A DNA stretch of 63,724 bases, counting the filler, from Octopus bimaculoides (Eukaryota): assembly GCF_001194135.2 (NCBI RefSeq). It is 5 parts of 5 records of this genome, joined end to end, with 100 filler letters (N's around TTAATTAATTAA, not from the genome) between each part and the next. Parts side by side here need not be neighbours in the genome. Positions count along the whole stretch, not along the records: positions 31,693 to 45,002 come from NC_068991.1; positions 45,103 to 55,273 come from NC_068982.1; 3 more parts are not named here. One strand, written 5' to 3'. The translations under genes and the position numbers were made by a program. The notes under the pieces were generated by a model. It saw only the letters and a list, made by a program, of their open reading frames with translations, was not told the DNA's origin and ran no database searches. Below, one piece after another: positions 38,790-50,815 of this stretch (its first letter is position 1; each line of letters starts with the position of its first letter).

Positions 38790-41700
38790 TATAACAATTT
38801 ATACATACAAAGAAGGAGATTAATTAAAGGCCTCGGTCAAGGCAGAAAATACACCTGACTGTAGAGCCGCCGAAACAATAAGGTGAAATAAGATGAAATA
38901 AAAAATATCGACAGTAATAAGTAATATTGTTATACTAAGATAGAGAAAATCTTAGTCATTGAGATACTAATTCTGTCTGGAGACAATTTTAGTGAAATAC
39001 TATTCCATCATCGATAGAGTGTATCTCTTGGATGGTTAGTCCTATTGTATATTATTAAGTCTGGTATATTATTAGAGTGTAGTAGTAAACTATGGCTTAA
39101 ACATGATAAACTATATTTAATAGTTTGTACTGTAAAGTACTAAGACTATAAAACTGGATAGATTGTCTATAGTGTGGCTATGAAACTGGTAAGGTAGTAA
39201 AATATTACGCCATAAGTTACCATACTATCGATGAAGAATACATTATAGTACGGTATTGCACTATCACTAAATAGTATAGCATAGTCGTTGTTTAACTCCA
39301 GGTTAGCCTTGACTGAGCAGGCATGATCAGAGGCGGTCCAACCATGACTGCCCGTCTTTTTTATTATTTTTTTTGTATGTTTAAGGAGTACCTTGCATTA
39401 GAAATCTATCCTTTCTTTTAATGATGGTAATATAGTATTTGGAGGAATTTAGCTGCTGTTTCTCACAGGTCGAGCGACCACGTAGATGGTAATAAAACGT
39501 TGTAGTATATAGTAACATAGAAGATATGTAGTATGGTATATAGTATGATATCAAAACTATTGATAAACAGTTTAGAAAGAGAAGAAAAAAAAGGTAACAG
39601 AAATGTTATGGCAGGATAAGGTGCTAAAAATAGAGTTGGGTATATGGAAAGATAGGAAAGATATCAATCGATAATTTTTATCTACATATAGTAAAGACGG
39701 TTATGTATCGATAAACGGTGAAAGGTGAGATAAGGTAGAAACGGAAAGCCAAAAAGGAGAAGAAGATGGAGTAACTAAATCCATGCTACATGCATATATG
39801 GAAAGAGAGCACAATATGGCGGATCATATCTCTCAATGTCTACAACACACACACATATACATACGTAAATATACATATTTACACACATACATACATATAT
39901 ATGTGTACGTGTATACGTGTGTCTGTGTCTGTATATATATATAAATATATATATACATACATACGCACATGCACGCACACATGTACATTTCATACACATT
40001 ACAGCTAGCAAGTGCGATTCATGTAATGTGTACATTGTAATTGTTTAGAACAAAGCATGCAAAATTTCAATGAAACAATCCATGGGCTCAAGGCATTGTT
40101 AAACGAAAAGAAAACTGGGGGATAAACGACAGACATAAATTCCTCAACAGTAAATTATAGCGCGATTTGTGGAAACGTAGTATCAAGTTTAACCAGCCAT
40201 TACACGCGCACATATATATAATTAAGCACATACATACACATTCGTATAGGGAATGTGTAAACATTGTATAGACAATATAGCGTAAGGCACTCACCAAAAC
40301 AACTCCAAAATAGCGTGTTGAGCAGGTAAAAGTTAAAGAAGGTATCCATGATATAAAATGCCGATCTGCAACATGCAGTACGGTGATGGTAGAGCCTTGC
40401 AGATCATCCAGCTTTTTGCCTCATATCCGAGCGATCATTTTTTTAACTTTCACCCAGCCCGTCTTCTATCATCAATAAACACAAACTGAGCATGTTCAAT
40501 TTCTTTCAAATTATTAATGTTGTAATTATGTATGTGTAAGATATCACTCCTCTTGGCTTGAATCTTCGAGGATTTTGACAAAATTTGTTGCTTTTATTAC
40601 TACAAGTCCGTTAATTGCTTTTCTTTTTCTTTTTGGTATTTAGAAGCGGTGCCCAAAGTTTTGGCAGTGTTGGGAGCAGCATCATGTTGAGTGTGCAGTG
40701 TCATCCACTGTCATTAGCATCTCTCTCTCTCCCTCACTCTCTCTCTCTCTTTCCCTCACTCACTCTCTATCTCTTCTCATTATAGTGACCTCCCCCGTTT
40801 CACAACAGCTTTTTTTCCCCCGTCGTCTCTCCACTGCTTCCCCTTCCTACAACCTTGCTTTCTTTCAGTTTACCTTAAAAAGCCTAGGCCGTTTTCTGTT
40901 TTGGCTATTCCAGGTTTTATCACAAATCGGCCCTTCTCATATCCAATTAATCTCTTAATACTCGCATTACGTTGAGTGTTGTTGCTTCTAGCACAAGTTG
41001 GGTGATTGAGTCGGCCACGTTTCCATGGTATGGTAGCTCCCAGCGACTTTCAATGTGGACTAAAATGTTGGTACAACACCTCCAAAGGGAGTACTACTTC
41101 AACTTGACGGCTGCTATTATTCGCATAAAACTTTCCAAACTATCCAAGCGTTATATTCCTATAGATATGTGTGCAAAAGACGATTTATAAACAATACATA
41201 AAACCCTTACTACTAACATAACGACGTCGATAATTGGACAGCTTTTTTTATAGCAATTCCTCAGAGATTCAAACTATAGCTGACAAGGGGGATAATCATT
41301 GGTCTCCTTGTTTTTCCTCCTCAGACGTAGAACTTTTTTTTTTCTCTCTCCTAATGTTAACAACTTTATGAAAAGTAGTCAAGGGCTAGATTCTAATCCT
41401 TTCTTTTCTCGCTCATTCGGTTGCTGTCATCTTGCTTGTTTCTTACATGATAAATATTAGTTCTCAGATCTCAGGACATACGAGTATATGATATAAGACA
41501 CAGTGCTGTCTTAAAGCATGGGTACATTCGGCATTTGCGGGTCTCGAGGCTCGTTTCTGCTTTATGTATACAGTGGCTTGCTGTCAAATACATAATTATC
41601 GGGCCAGTGCATTGATTTGCCCCGGGGTTCTATAATGCAACTAAGACGGGTCTGATATGATATATATGCTTTTCTTGTCAAGGACATTATCGATATGAGT

Positions 41701-42312
41701 GGCGTGAAATAGCTTCAAGGCCGGAGTCCAAGACTTTTCCTTACCTTGAATTCTGCGGAGTGACGTGCATCATTTGTCTATAAACAACAAACATTTTGCA
41801 ATTTATTCGACGATCCCCTTCGAATTAAACTGATGCGACTCGTGAGAAGAGTCCGTGAGCCTGTTTCGATTTCGGTTTGAATGTAAATATTGTCGTTAAT
41901 GCCCTTGGAAAAGCCATGAATGTCACAATTTCTGTCTCCCTCAAATATCTAGCCTCTATATTTTAATAAATATCGATGTTTTTATATTAAGCACAAAACC
42001 ACAAGTAACTTATGCAATATATTGAAATTTACAATAACTAATACAATCTAAAGGAATTTACCAAAAAAGTCTTCAAACTAAATTATTTTTAAAACATTGA
42101 TTTTTTTTTTTCAATAATTTTTTTTTATTCTCCTATATTATAGGCCTACGATATTTTGGTTTCTGTCACACCTAGGTTATTTTGTTAAACTTTTATTAGT
42201 CCATGACCAGATTCTGATTTTATACTAGAATTAATTTCATCAATTTACCGAGTGTGAGTGTATATGTTACACTACACAATAATTTATCATTATGTCAGCA
42301 TTATCGAAAAAT

Positions 42313-42530
42313 CATCATCATCGTTGTCGTTTTAATATCCCTATTTCCATGCTAGCATGGGTCAGGTGGAATTTTTTTAAGGGAGATTTTCTTCTGCTGG
42401 ATGCTCTTTCAGTCACCAATCCTCACCTATTTCCAAGCAAGATAATATTTTCCTACAGCTGGAAATACGCAACCTTACTTGAATGACAGTGATGCTTATT
42501 TATAACCATCACTTGATGTCTAGAAAAGGA
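42313..42530 (-). mobile_element. Retroposon with RTE-like 3' tail
   Basis: CATCATCATCGTTGTCGTTTTAA...TTTCCATGCTAGCATGGGT matches the 3' terminus seen at 44680 and 61764. Confidence 0.6.
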
Positions 42531-42859
42531 TATACACAAATATGTACATACACATATACATGCATATTTGCATGCATACATACATACACAAACACGCACA
42601 TTGAATACTGTTGTACATAGGCTAAATGTGTTTGAAAGTTGTGTGTTTTGTTTTCGGTATGTTTGTTCCAAAACAACACTTCTTTTAGTGCTGGTGACAC
42701 TGCCGGATTGAATGGTACTGCCAGGTGTCGAAACCATAATGGTATCTGTGGGGCAGCTGATGATGGGGGTATGTTGGATTGTTGGTATGGCTGTTTGTGT
42801 ATATGTGGAGTAATGTTATAATATATCCTTTTGATACATACATACATACATACATGTGA

Positions 42860-43925
42860 TGGGCTTCTTTTGGTTTCTGTTTACAAAATCCACCCACAAG
42901 GCATTGGTCAACTCAGGACAATAGCAGAAGAAGACACTTGCCCATCTGACTGAATCCAAGACCACATGCTTGGGAAGCAAGCTTCTTAACCACATAGCCA
43001 TGACTGTACTTCATCTTTATGGAAAAAAAATCACCATCATCCTTAAGAAAAAGACTGAAGCATTGGAAATGATCATGAGGATACTAGCAGGGTCATCTTA
43101 TCAGCCTCTTGAGCCCCTGGGCAAAAGAATGCACTGGGGATCCTATGTTTATTTATTGGCAGCTAACTATAGACCATAGTATACATACATAGATTCAGTG
43201 GTGTAGCTAGAGTGTGTGCCAAATATTTACATATATATATACATGTACGACAAGCTTCTTTCAGTTTCTGTCTATCAAATCCACTCACAAGGCTTTGGTT
43301 GGACCAAGGCTATAGTAGAAGACATTTGCCCAAGGTGCCATGTGGTGGGACTGAACCCGGAACCATGTGGTCGGGAAGCAAGCTTCTTGCCACACAGCCA
43401 CACCTACACCTCCACACAGCCATACCTGTGCCTCCACACACACACACACATTTGCAGGCCCATAAAAAACAAACTTCCACCAACTATTTTGCCTATATGT
43501 CTGTGCACACCTTTCAATGCCGTGTATACCATAAGGTCTGCAAATCTAACGGAGGCCTCAAAAAGACATTTTAAGATCTACAAAGATCAGAACTTAACTG
43601 CAGCTCTCAGTGGTCCAAATCAGATGTGCAATCTATGCGGGTGTCTTTTCAATACATTGTCTGGTTTAAAACTCCACATCAGATGCCATGATGGATCTAA
43701 GGCGTAAGTAAGTACAAGAGGTGGTTAGACTCTGCATAAGGAGTAGACAACCACCACCACACACACACACACGTGATGTGCTTCTACCAAATTCCTTCAC
43801 AAGGCATTGATCAGCCTAGGGCCATAGTAGAAGGAATTTCTTTGAGGTGCTGTGCAATGGGACTGAACCTAAAAATCACATGGTCACAAAGCAAGCTTCT
43901 TAACCACACAACCATGCCTGTGTTC
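42860..43925 (-). mobile_element. Cluster of three same-orientation SINE copies (~42860-43005, 43240-43405, 43790-43925)
   Basis: Reverse complements of the 4036 family: GGAAGCAAGCTTCTTAACCAC heads and AAGACA(C/T)TTGCCCA cores. Confidence 0.8.
43490..43772 (+). mobile_element. RTE-like LINE 3' end encoding two C2H2-type zinc fingers, ending in (CA)n
   Basis: FQCRVYHKVCKSNGGLK-(frameshift)-RHFKIY...CNLCGCLFNTLSGLKLHIRCH...* at 43707, a short 3' UTR, then an ACCACCACACACAC tail. Confidence 0.55.
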
Positions 43926-44595
43926 ATATAGAAGTCTCCAAATTTGAGAAATGAACATGAAATGGCTTTTGATAAAACTGGAATATTTGACACTGGTAAG
44001 GAATGGCTACAAGTCAGCATCTCTTGCTTGTAAAGTCTCCTGGTTGAAGAAAATTCTATTTATTTTATTCATTTTTATTTTTTATTTTCGATATGCACAC
44101 ACATACAACCACACACACACACACATGCATACTGATGATGATGATGACGATGATGACTGAAGCTGGTGGTGGTAGTGGTGGTGGTGGGTGGTAGTGGCGG
44201 AGGAGGAGGAAGAGGACAGTGATAGAAGAGGAGGGGGTGGAAGAAAGTGAAGGCAAAGGAGTGTGAAAGAATCTTTTTTTAAAGAGAAGGGGGGTGGAGA
44301 GAAAAAAGTATTAGAATTGTTATATAAAAACATCTGTTGTGACAACTGAGACTTGAAAACAGCAGAAAATCATCAGATTCTGTTAATTCCAGAGTGTTTA
44401 ACCGAATATTATTCTATGCCAAGAAACAATGTATGTGAGATCTGTGGGTGTAATTCAAGGAAAGACAATCCATATCACCTTTTAACTGAGGAAGTTAGTT
44501 AAAAATAAAAATGTCATGACCCCCACTCCTACTCCATCCTGAAAGAGATTGAATAACTCAGAGAGGTGAACAACAATGAATTAGTATGGATATGT

Positions 44596-44940
44596 TTAAC
44601 CCTTTTGCAACCAGATTACTCTGTCAAATCTAATGCTCATTTATTCACATTGTTTTCAATTAATCATGCATTGTCTCTTCATCATCATCATCGTTTAACG
44701 TCTGCTTTCCATGCTAGCATGGGTTGGACGATTTGACTGAGGACTGGTGAACCAGATGGCTACACCAGGCTCCAATCTGATTCGGCAGAGTTTCTACAGC
44801 TGGATGCCCTTCCTAACGCCAACCACTCCGAGAGTGTAGTAGGTGCTTTTATGTGCCACCGGCACGAAGGCCAGAAATTTTGATGATGTCTTTGCTTGTT
44901 TTTAGAATGACATTGAAGGGCTGGTGTAAGAGCCCCCACA
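44596..44940 (+). mobile_element. TTAA-CCC (piggyBac-like) non-autonomous element fragment interrupted by an RTE 3' end
   Basis: TTAA|CCCTTTTGCAACCAGATTACTCTGTCAAATC at 44596. The AT-rich body appears to resume after 44875. Confidence 0.45.
44680..44875 (-). mobile_element. RTE-type LINE 3' terminus
   Basis: The reverse complement matches the family at 61540-61825 (AAAAGCACC.ACTACACTCTC.GAGTG and CCAACCCATGCTAGCATGGAAAGC.GACGTTAAAC plus a GAT repeat tail). Confidence 0.8.
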
Positions 44941-45437
44941 AGCCCCCACCAGAACCAGTGGCATGGAAAAAAACACTCAGTACACAATATTAAATGATTG
45001 GCNNNNNNNNNNNNNNNNNNNNNNNNNNNNNNNNNNNNNNNNNNNNTTAATTAATTAANNNNNNNNNNNNNNNNNNNNNNNNNNNNNNNNNNNNNNNNNN
45101 NNCTTTAACTGTGAGGAAGGAAGACTAGGAAATTCTTTTTCGAACGAAACACTGCAGACTGCAGCGTTCGTTTCACAAAAATTTTCATGGCTACAAGACG
45201 CCATCGTCTCAAAAAAAAATGGCTAGAAAGCCGAAATTGGTTTTTATATCCTGGAAATGTGCCACACAGGGCAGATTTCCGTCGCAAAAAACTTGCACCA
45301 GAGAGTCTACAAGTTGTTATACAACTTTGTATATAAAATAAATTTTACAAACAAACTTTTTAAAACATGAAAAAGGCAAAACTTACGGAGCCGACACGTC
45401 TACCGTCCGTCCATAGAGATAGATAGATAGATAGATA

Positions 45438-45586
45438 GATATTGTATTTTGGGCGAGTCAGTCTCTTACTACTCTGAGCCTCACCTGTAGGTACACAGGA
45501 TCTTCAGGTAAGCTACTTGAAGATTCTTTGTACCTACAGGTGAAACTTAGAGTAGCAAGAGACTGGGTCAACCAAATCAAAATATC
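45438..45586. repeat. Inverted repeat, ~69-bp arms, ~11-nt loop
   Basis: The left arm ...CAGTCTCTTACTACTCTGAGCCTCACCTGTAGGTACA... pairs with ...TGTACCTACAGGTGAAACTTAGAGTAGCAAGAGACTG...; about 80% identity. Confidence 0.85.
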
Positions 45587-46014
45587 ATTAATCTCCACCA
45601 GGGATTACTGAGTACTCTTTCCAAATGTAAACAAATAGAGAGAGAGAGAGAAGTGTAGACAGACAGACAGACAGATAGATAGACAGATAGACAGATAGAT
45701 AGATATGTAGCACACATTGACTCATAGAATAACAGACTTCACAGCGAGATAGAAATGTGTGCGCGTGTGTGTGTAAGTATAATAAACAGAAAGTTACAAA
45801 AATAAGTCAAAAGCCAATCGCTTCATGTACATAATACACCACAGACACTCATTAACAGTTTTAATTTTGTTCATCAAATTTTCCGTTTTAATTTCTCATA
45901 AAAGTATCATTAAACACTTTCAGTTCCGTATTCATGGACCAGTCATTTTCTGTTTCTGCGTTTCCAACGTCGAGGAATAGAATAATAGATAGACAAGCAG
46001 TTAATTAACTGATT

Positions 46015-46215
46015 TTAATTTTTGGCACAATGCCAGCAATTTTGGAGCAGTGAGTAAGTCGACCTCAAGTACTCGACTGGTATTAATTTTATCAACCCCC
46101 TAAAGGATGAAAGGTAAAGTTGACCTCAGCAGCATTTGAACTCAGAACGTAAAGACGGACGAAATGTCGTTGACAATTTTGTCCGGTGTGCTAACCATTC
46201 TGCCAGCGAGCTGCT
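46015..46215 (-). mobile_element. Nin-type SINE
   Basis: AAGGATGAAAGGTAAAGTTGACCTCAGCAGCATTTGAACTCAG is the reverse complement of the Nin-type head. Confidence 0.75.
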
Positions 46216-47105
46216 TTACATTATTTATACTATAATGATCAAAATAATTGTCTTCATTTTAAATCAGAAGAACGGCCAGAGGGGGGAAAGGAATAATAAA
46301 TGTTATAAATGAAAGTGTTTCNNNNNNNNNNNNNNNNNNNNNNNNNNNNNNNNNNNNNNNNNNNNNNNNNNNNNNNNNNNNNNNNNNNNNNNNNNNNNNN
46401 NNNNNNNNNNNNNNNNNNNNNNNNNNNNNNNNNNNNNNNNNNNNNNNNNNNNNNNNNNNNNNNNNNNNNNNNNNNNNNNNNNNNNNNNNNNNNNNNNNNN
46501 NNNNNNNNNNNNNNNNNNNNNNNNNNNNNNNNNNNNNNNNNNNNNNNNNNNNNNNNNNNNNNNNNNNNNNNNNNNNNNNNNNNNNNNNNNNNNNNNNNNN
46601 NNNNNNNNNNNNNNNNNNNNNNNNNNNNNNNNNNNNNNNNNNNNNNNNNNNNNNNNNNNNNNNNNNNNNNNNNNNNNNNNNNNNNNNNNNNNNNNNNNNN
46701 NNNNNNNNNNNNNNNNNNNNNNNNNNNNNNNNNNNNNNNNNNNNNNNNNNNNNNNNNNNNNNNNNNNNNNNNNNNNNNNNNNNNNNNNNNNNNNNNNNNN
46801 NNNNNNNNNNNNNNNNNNNNNNNNNNNNNNNNNNNNNNNNNNNNNNNNNNNNNNNNNNNNNNNNNNNNNNNNNNNNNNNNNNNNNNNNNNNNNNNNNNNN
46901 NNNNNNNNNNNNNNNNNNNNNNNNNNNNNNNNNNNNNNNNNNNNNNNNNNNNNNNNNNNNNNNNNNNNNNNNNNNNNNNNNNNNNNNNNNNNNNNNNNNN
47001 NNNNNNNNNNNNNNNNNNNNNNNNNNNNNNNNNNNNNNNNNNNNNNNNNNNNNNNNNNNNNNNNNNNNNNNNNNNNNNNNNNNNNNNNNNNNNNNNNNNN
47101 NNNNN

Positions 47106-47400
47106 GTGAATGCACCTGGCTTAGTGGTTGGAGTATTCGGTTCACCATCATAAGGTTGTGAGTTCGATTTCTGGCACCGCGTTGTGTCCTTGAGCAAGAC
47201 GTTTTATTTCACATTGCTCCATTCCACCCAGTTGGCAAAAATGAATTGTACGTGTGTCAGGCTGAATCTCCCTGGGAACTGCGTTTTAAGGGTACACGTA
47301 TCCGTGGAGTGCTCAGCCACTCGCACGTTAATTTCACGAACAGGCTGTTCCGTTGATCGGATCAAATGGAACGCTCGTTGTCGTAACCGACGGAGTGCCA
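47106..47400 (+). mobile_element. tRNA-derived SINE (GTGTCCTTGAGCAAGAC core + GTTGATCGGATCAA 3' body)
   Basis: A-box TGGCTTAGTGG, B-box GAGTTCGATTTC; the 3' body is shared with 52040 and 59740. Confidence 0.85.
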
Positions 47401-47730
47401 GTTTAGCTTTTATAGTTATAGGTGCAGTCTTAATGATAGATGAGTGAACAATGTTATAATCAGTCTTTTAATGGTGTCGGCCATAGCAGATGGAACCTTG
47501 GCAAGGTGTAGTGGCGCTAGTATTGAAGGTCAGAGCCAAGTATCCTCTTACAGTTTAGGTATAGCATCTATGGCTAAACTATTAGACGGTTGTTTATTAG
47601 TAAACCTCGGCAATTATGTTTTTCGCTTCTTTAAGGACAGCTCTGTTCGTGAGAAACTGTTTGGCATTTTCTTTTCTCGCCAACATATCACTCACCTCAT
47701 TGTATGTTTCGCAGTAAACTTGAAGAAACG

Positions 47731-48240
47731 TGTAGTGACGTCATCTTGAGGGTCTCCAGTACGCATGCGCAGGGTTGGAACCTTCTGGAAGGCCTGCCGA
47801 AAGGTCCCTGATGCGCATGCGCAGAAAACTAGCAGCAGCAAAGTTCTTTTATATCACCAGACTCGAGACACAGCCCCTGAACTAGGCAGTCGTGTCCTCA
47901 GCGGCTCTCTGTTCGCCTCCGCTGCTGACCCGAGACTCTCGGTATTTGATCAGCTCCGTTGTAGTTGGACTAGTGTGAAGAATGCCTTCACAAAGTATGA
48001 TTAACTCCGACTTTGCTGCTTCCACACCAGACCCGGCTACTGATTGTCCCAAGGTGTAAACCTTGTACATACAAAATAAAAGGATTGTTTTTGTTCGGAT
48101 GTTTTCTTGTTCCGATATTTTCCTCTAACATTTATGTAAGGGATTGTGTGGCACCCTTCCAATACCAACCGATATTTATCGTCTTACAAACTCATTCAAG
48201 CAACTTGTGTGCGGCTGTCAACCAAACTGGCACATCGAGA
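47731..48240 (+). promoter_or_regulatory. GC-richer promoter-like or solo-LTR-like island
   Basis: Begins TGTAG. CRE TGACGTCA at 47736-47743, NRF1-like ACGCATGCGCA at 47761-47771, TGCGCATGCGCA at 47812-47823, TTTTATAT at ~47845 and AATAAA at ~48075. No clear right LTR boundary or TSD. Confidence 0.4.
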
Positions 48241-49975
48241 TAGATGCTCATTGTTTATTTGTAGAAGTTGAGAGTTTCCTGTAGGATGTTTGATTCTGAT
48301 ACCAATAACCGAATACAACTTTTTCTCTCTCAGGTAAGTTTTCCAGTCAGAAGTTTTGCAGCAACTGTTAGGAGTGTTTCGTTGTAAGAGAAACCTTCAT
48401 ACAATACTCACTTCATATTTTCTTAAACCATACTGTATCATGGATGTACGGCATATTTATATTCTAAATTCTCCACCATGCCACCAGAGCGAATCTATAT
48501 CATTCTGAGGAGGCGCATTTACAAGATTGATTATATTGCATTTTATACAGCAATATGCAGTTTGTGTATTTAATGTAAATTAATTGATACTCTTGTTTTC
48601 TGGTATATACTACAACCAAACTTTGACTTACTGCTCAAAGTCCGTTTTTAAGGATAATTATTTCACTATGGGTGTCCTATGTCGGCATGCTCACGTAGAC
48701 TTTCGATAGTCATTCACCAAGTCGTAGCTGGTTGTTCGAGAATTTATTACAAACATTGTATCTGGTGGTAGTATCCAATTGTCCGATGTTTTCCTTGAGT
48801 CTGTCATTGTTCTTTTGGAGAGAGATGTAATCCACTTCGATTGTCGTTCCGATCGATATCTGTTACTCCCATCTGTTGGCAAATGGAAATTGCAGCACAA
48901 TAGAGAAGGACGTTCTATGTCCAAAAGCTGAGAGCTTCAATTTATACTAGATATTTTTTTAGCAACTTGATCGATCACGAATAAAATCAAGTTAGTACGA
49001 TTTCTATCGGCTCATGCCACACTGTTTCTTTCATGTTAGGGGTTTATGGATGAAAATAGCGAAGGTCGCCTTGAACGTTGCTGTGAACTGTGTTTCGAGC
49101 TATTTATTCTTTCGTTTGTTCGTATGTGTGTCTATGTAATTACGGCAGTTGTATCTCTGTGTTATTGTTATCAGTTTTGTTTTGGTTATGGTTCATGTTT
49201 TAGCGAAATTACTGGGCTGTTGGTTTTGTTATTTGCTGTGCATTTTTATGGTTGGTTCTTCGTGGTAAAATAGCATGTTTCTTTCCCAACGATCATAGTT
49301 AGCAGATGTAATTGCTTTACACTGAAACGGGAATAGCAAGGGCATTTTACATCCTAACAGCTCTCTATCCTCATCTTTTAACCGAACGAGGGATCTTCCC
49401 AACTTCTAATTTGGGGGTTGGGGGGTATTTTTTGTTTATTTTTATTTGTTTGTTTGTTTGTTTGTTTTGTAGAAATGGTACAGTTCTTGATTCGATTCAC
49501 AAAATTCCACATTGAATTCCTTTTGATAGTTCTGCGACCTACGATAAATGACCTTCTCTGTTTCCTGTATTACTGTCATGACGTAACCATGTGTTATTTA
49601 TTCGTTTAATTTCGCTGTTGGATTATTTGCTACAATTTTCTCTGAAAAGTCACTTCTTTGCATTTTTATCCAAAGAAAATAACCAGGTTTTGTTTTTCTT
49701 TTACCATGTCTGCATTAATGGTAAAAATTGTAGAGGATATTGCTCATTAGACGAAATAATGAACGGTCCCTTACACCGACATCACTGGCTTCCACACCAT
49801 GTGATTTATATGTGTGCGTGTGTATGTATGTATGTATGTATGTATGTGTGTATGTATGTATGCATGTATGTATATATGTGTATGTATGTATGTATTATAT
49901 GCGTATCTATGCACGTATGTAAGCGTTCCTCTAAATGTGTATGCTTGTGTTTGTCTGTCTGTCTGTCTACCTAAG

Positions 49976-50034
<59 letters not shown>

Positions 50035-50769
50035 TATGTGTGACGATAAGGATTAGCAGTAGTTTGTGTAAATATTGTTGCTGAGTTTGTTGTTATTGTA
50101 TGGTTGTGTTGGTGATGGTAGTGAGGGTTGGTGATGGTGCTGACGAGGGTGGTGGCAATAATGATGGTAGTTTCAACTGTGGTGGCGGTCGGGACGGTGG
50201 AAATGATGATGGTGGTGGCGGTATTGGTGGGAGTGAGACATAATAATAATAATAATATGGGATGGGGTGTTGAAGAATTATAGGGATATAACCGAACCCT
50301 GGTGGTGGTGGTGGTTGTGGTGGTAAGATATTCTAGCTGTAACACTTCCCTACCCTCATCCTTCCAGTCTTCCTATCAACATCTTCATCTTGGTGGATGG
50401 GAGACAGTAGGGGTGGCCATTGGAGTTTGGCTTAGTTAATCTGAAATATGTGTGTATACGTGTGCATGTGTGTATATATGTGTATATGTCAGATTTTGTG
50501 CTGCTTTCTTTAAAATCTGTCTCTCTTTCTCTCTCTCTCTTTCTCTCTTTCCCTCTCTCTCTCTCTCTCCGTCACACACACACACATACACACATGCACA
50601 CACACTTGCACACACGTGCACATATACATGCACACACACATACACACACACATGCACACACACATATATGTGTGTGTGCATGTGATACGTGTATGTTCGA
50701 GCCAGCTTGTCTGTCGGTCTCCCTCTCTCCCTTTCTTCCTCTCTCTCTCCCTCTCCCTCTCCCTCTCTC

Positions 50770-50815
<46 letters not shown>

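Noticed and set aside
40990-41070. Minus-strand WPTQSPNL resembling the Tc1/mariner WPxxSPDL motif
   Set aside because: A single short motif without collinear support.
41832-41856. CTGATGC followed by a GACTC/GAGTC hairpin
   Set aside because: Lacks A9 and the downstream GAAA, so it is not a hammerhead.
42689-42770. Plus-strand exon-like AGDTAGLNGTARCRNHNGICGAADDG
   Set aside because: Moderate splice sites, an unrecognised peptide and no partner exons.
50034-50345. Thr-rich, mucin-like minus-strand ORF
   Set aside because: Arises from degenerate (GGT/GAT)n repeats.
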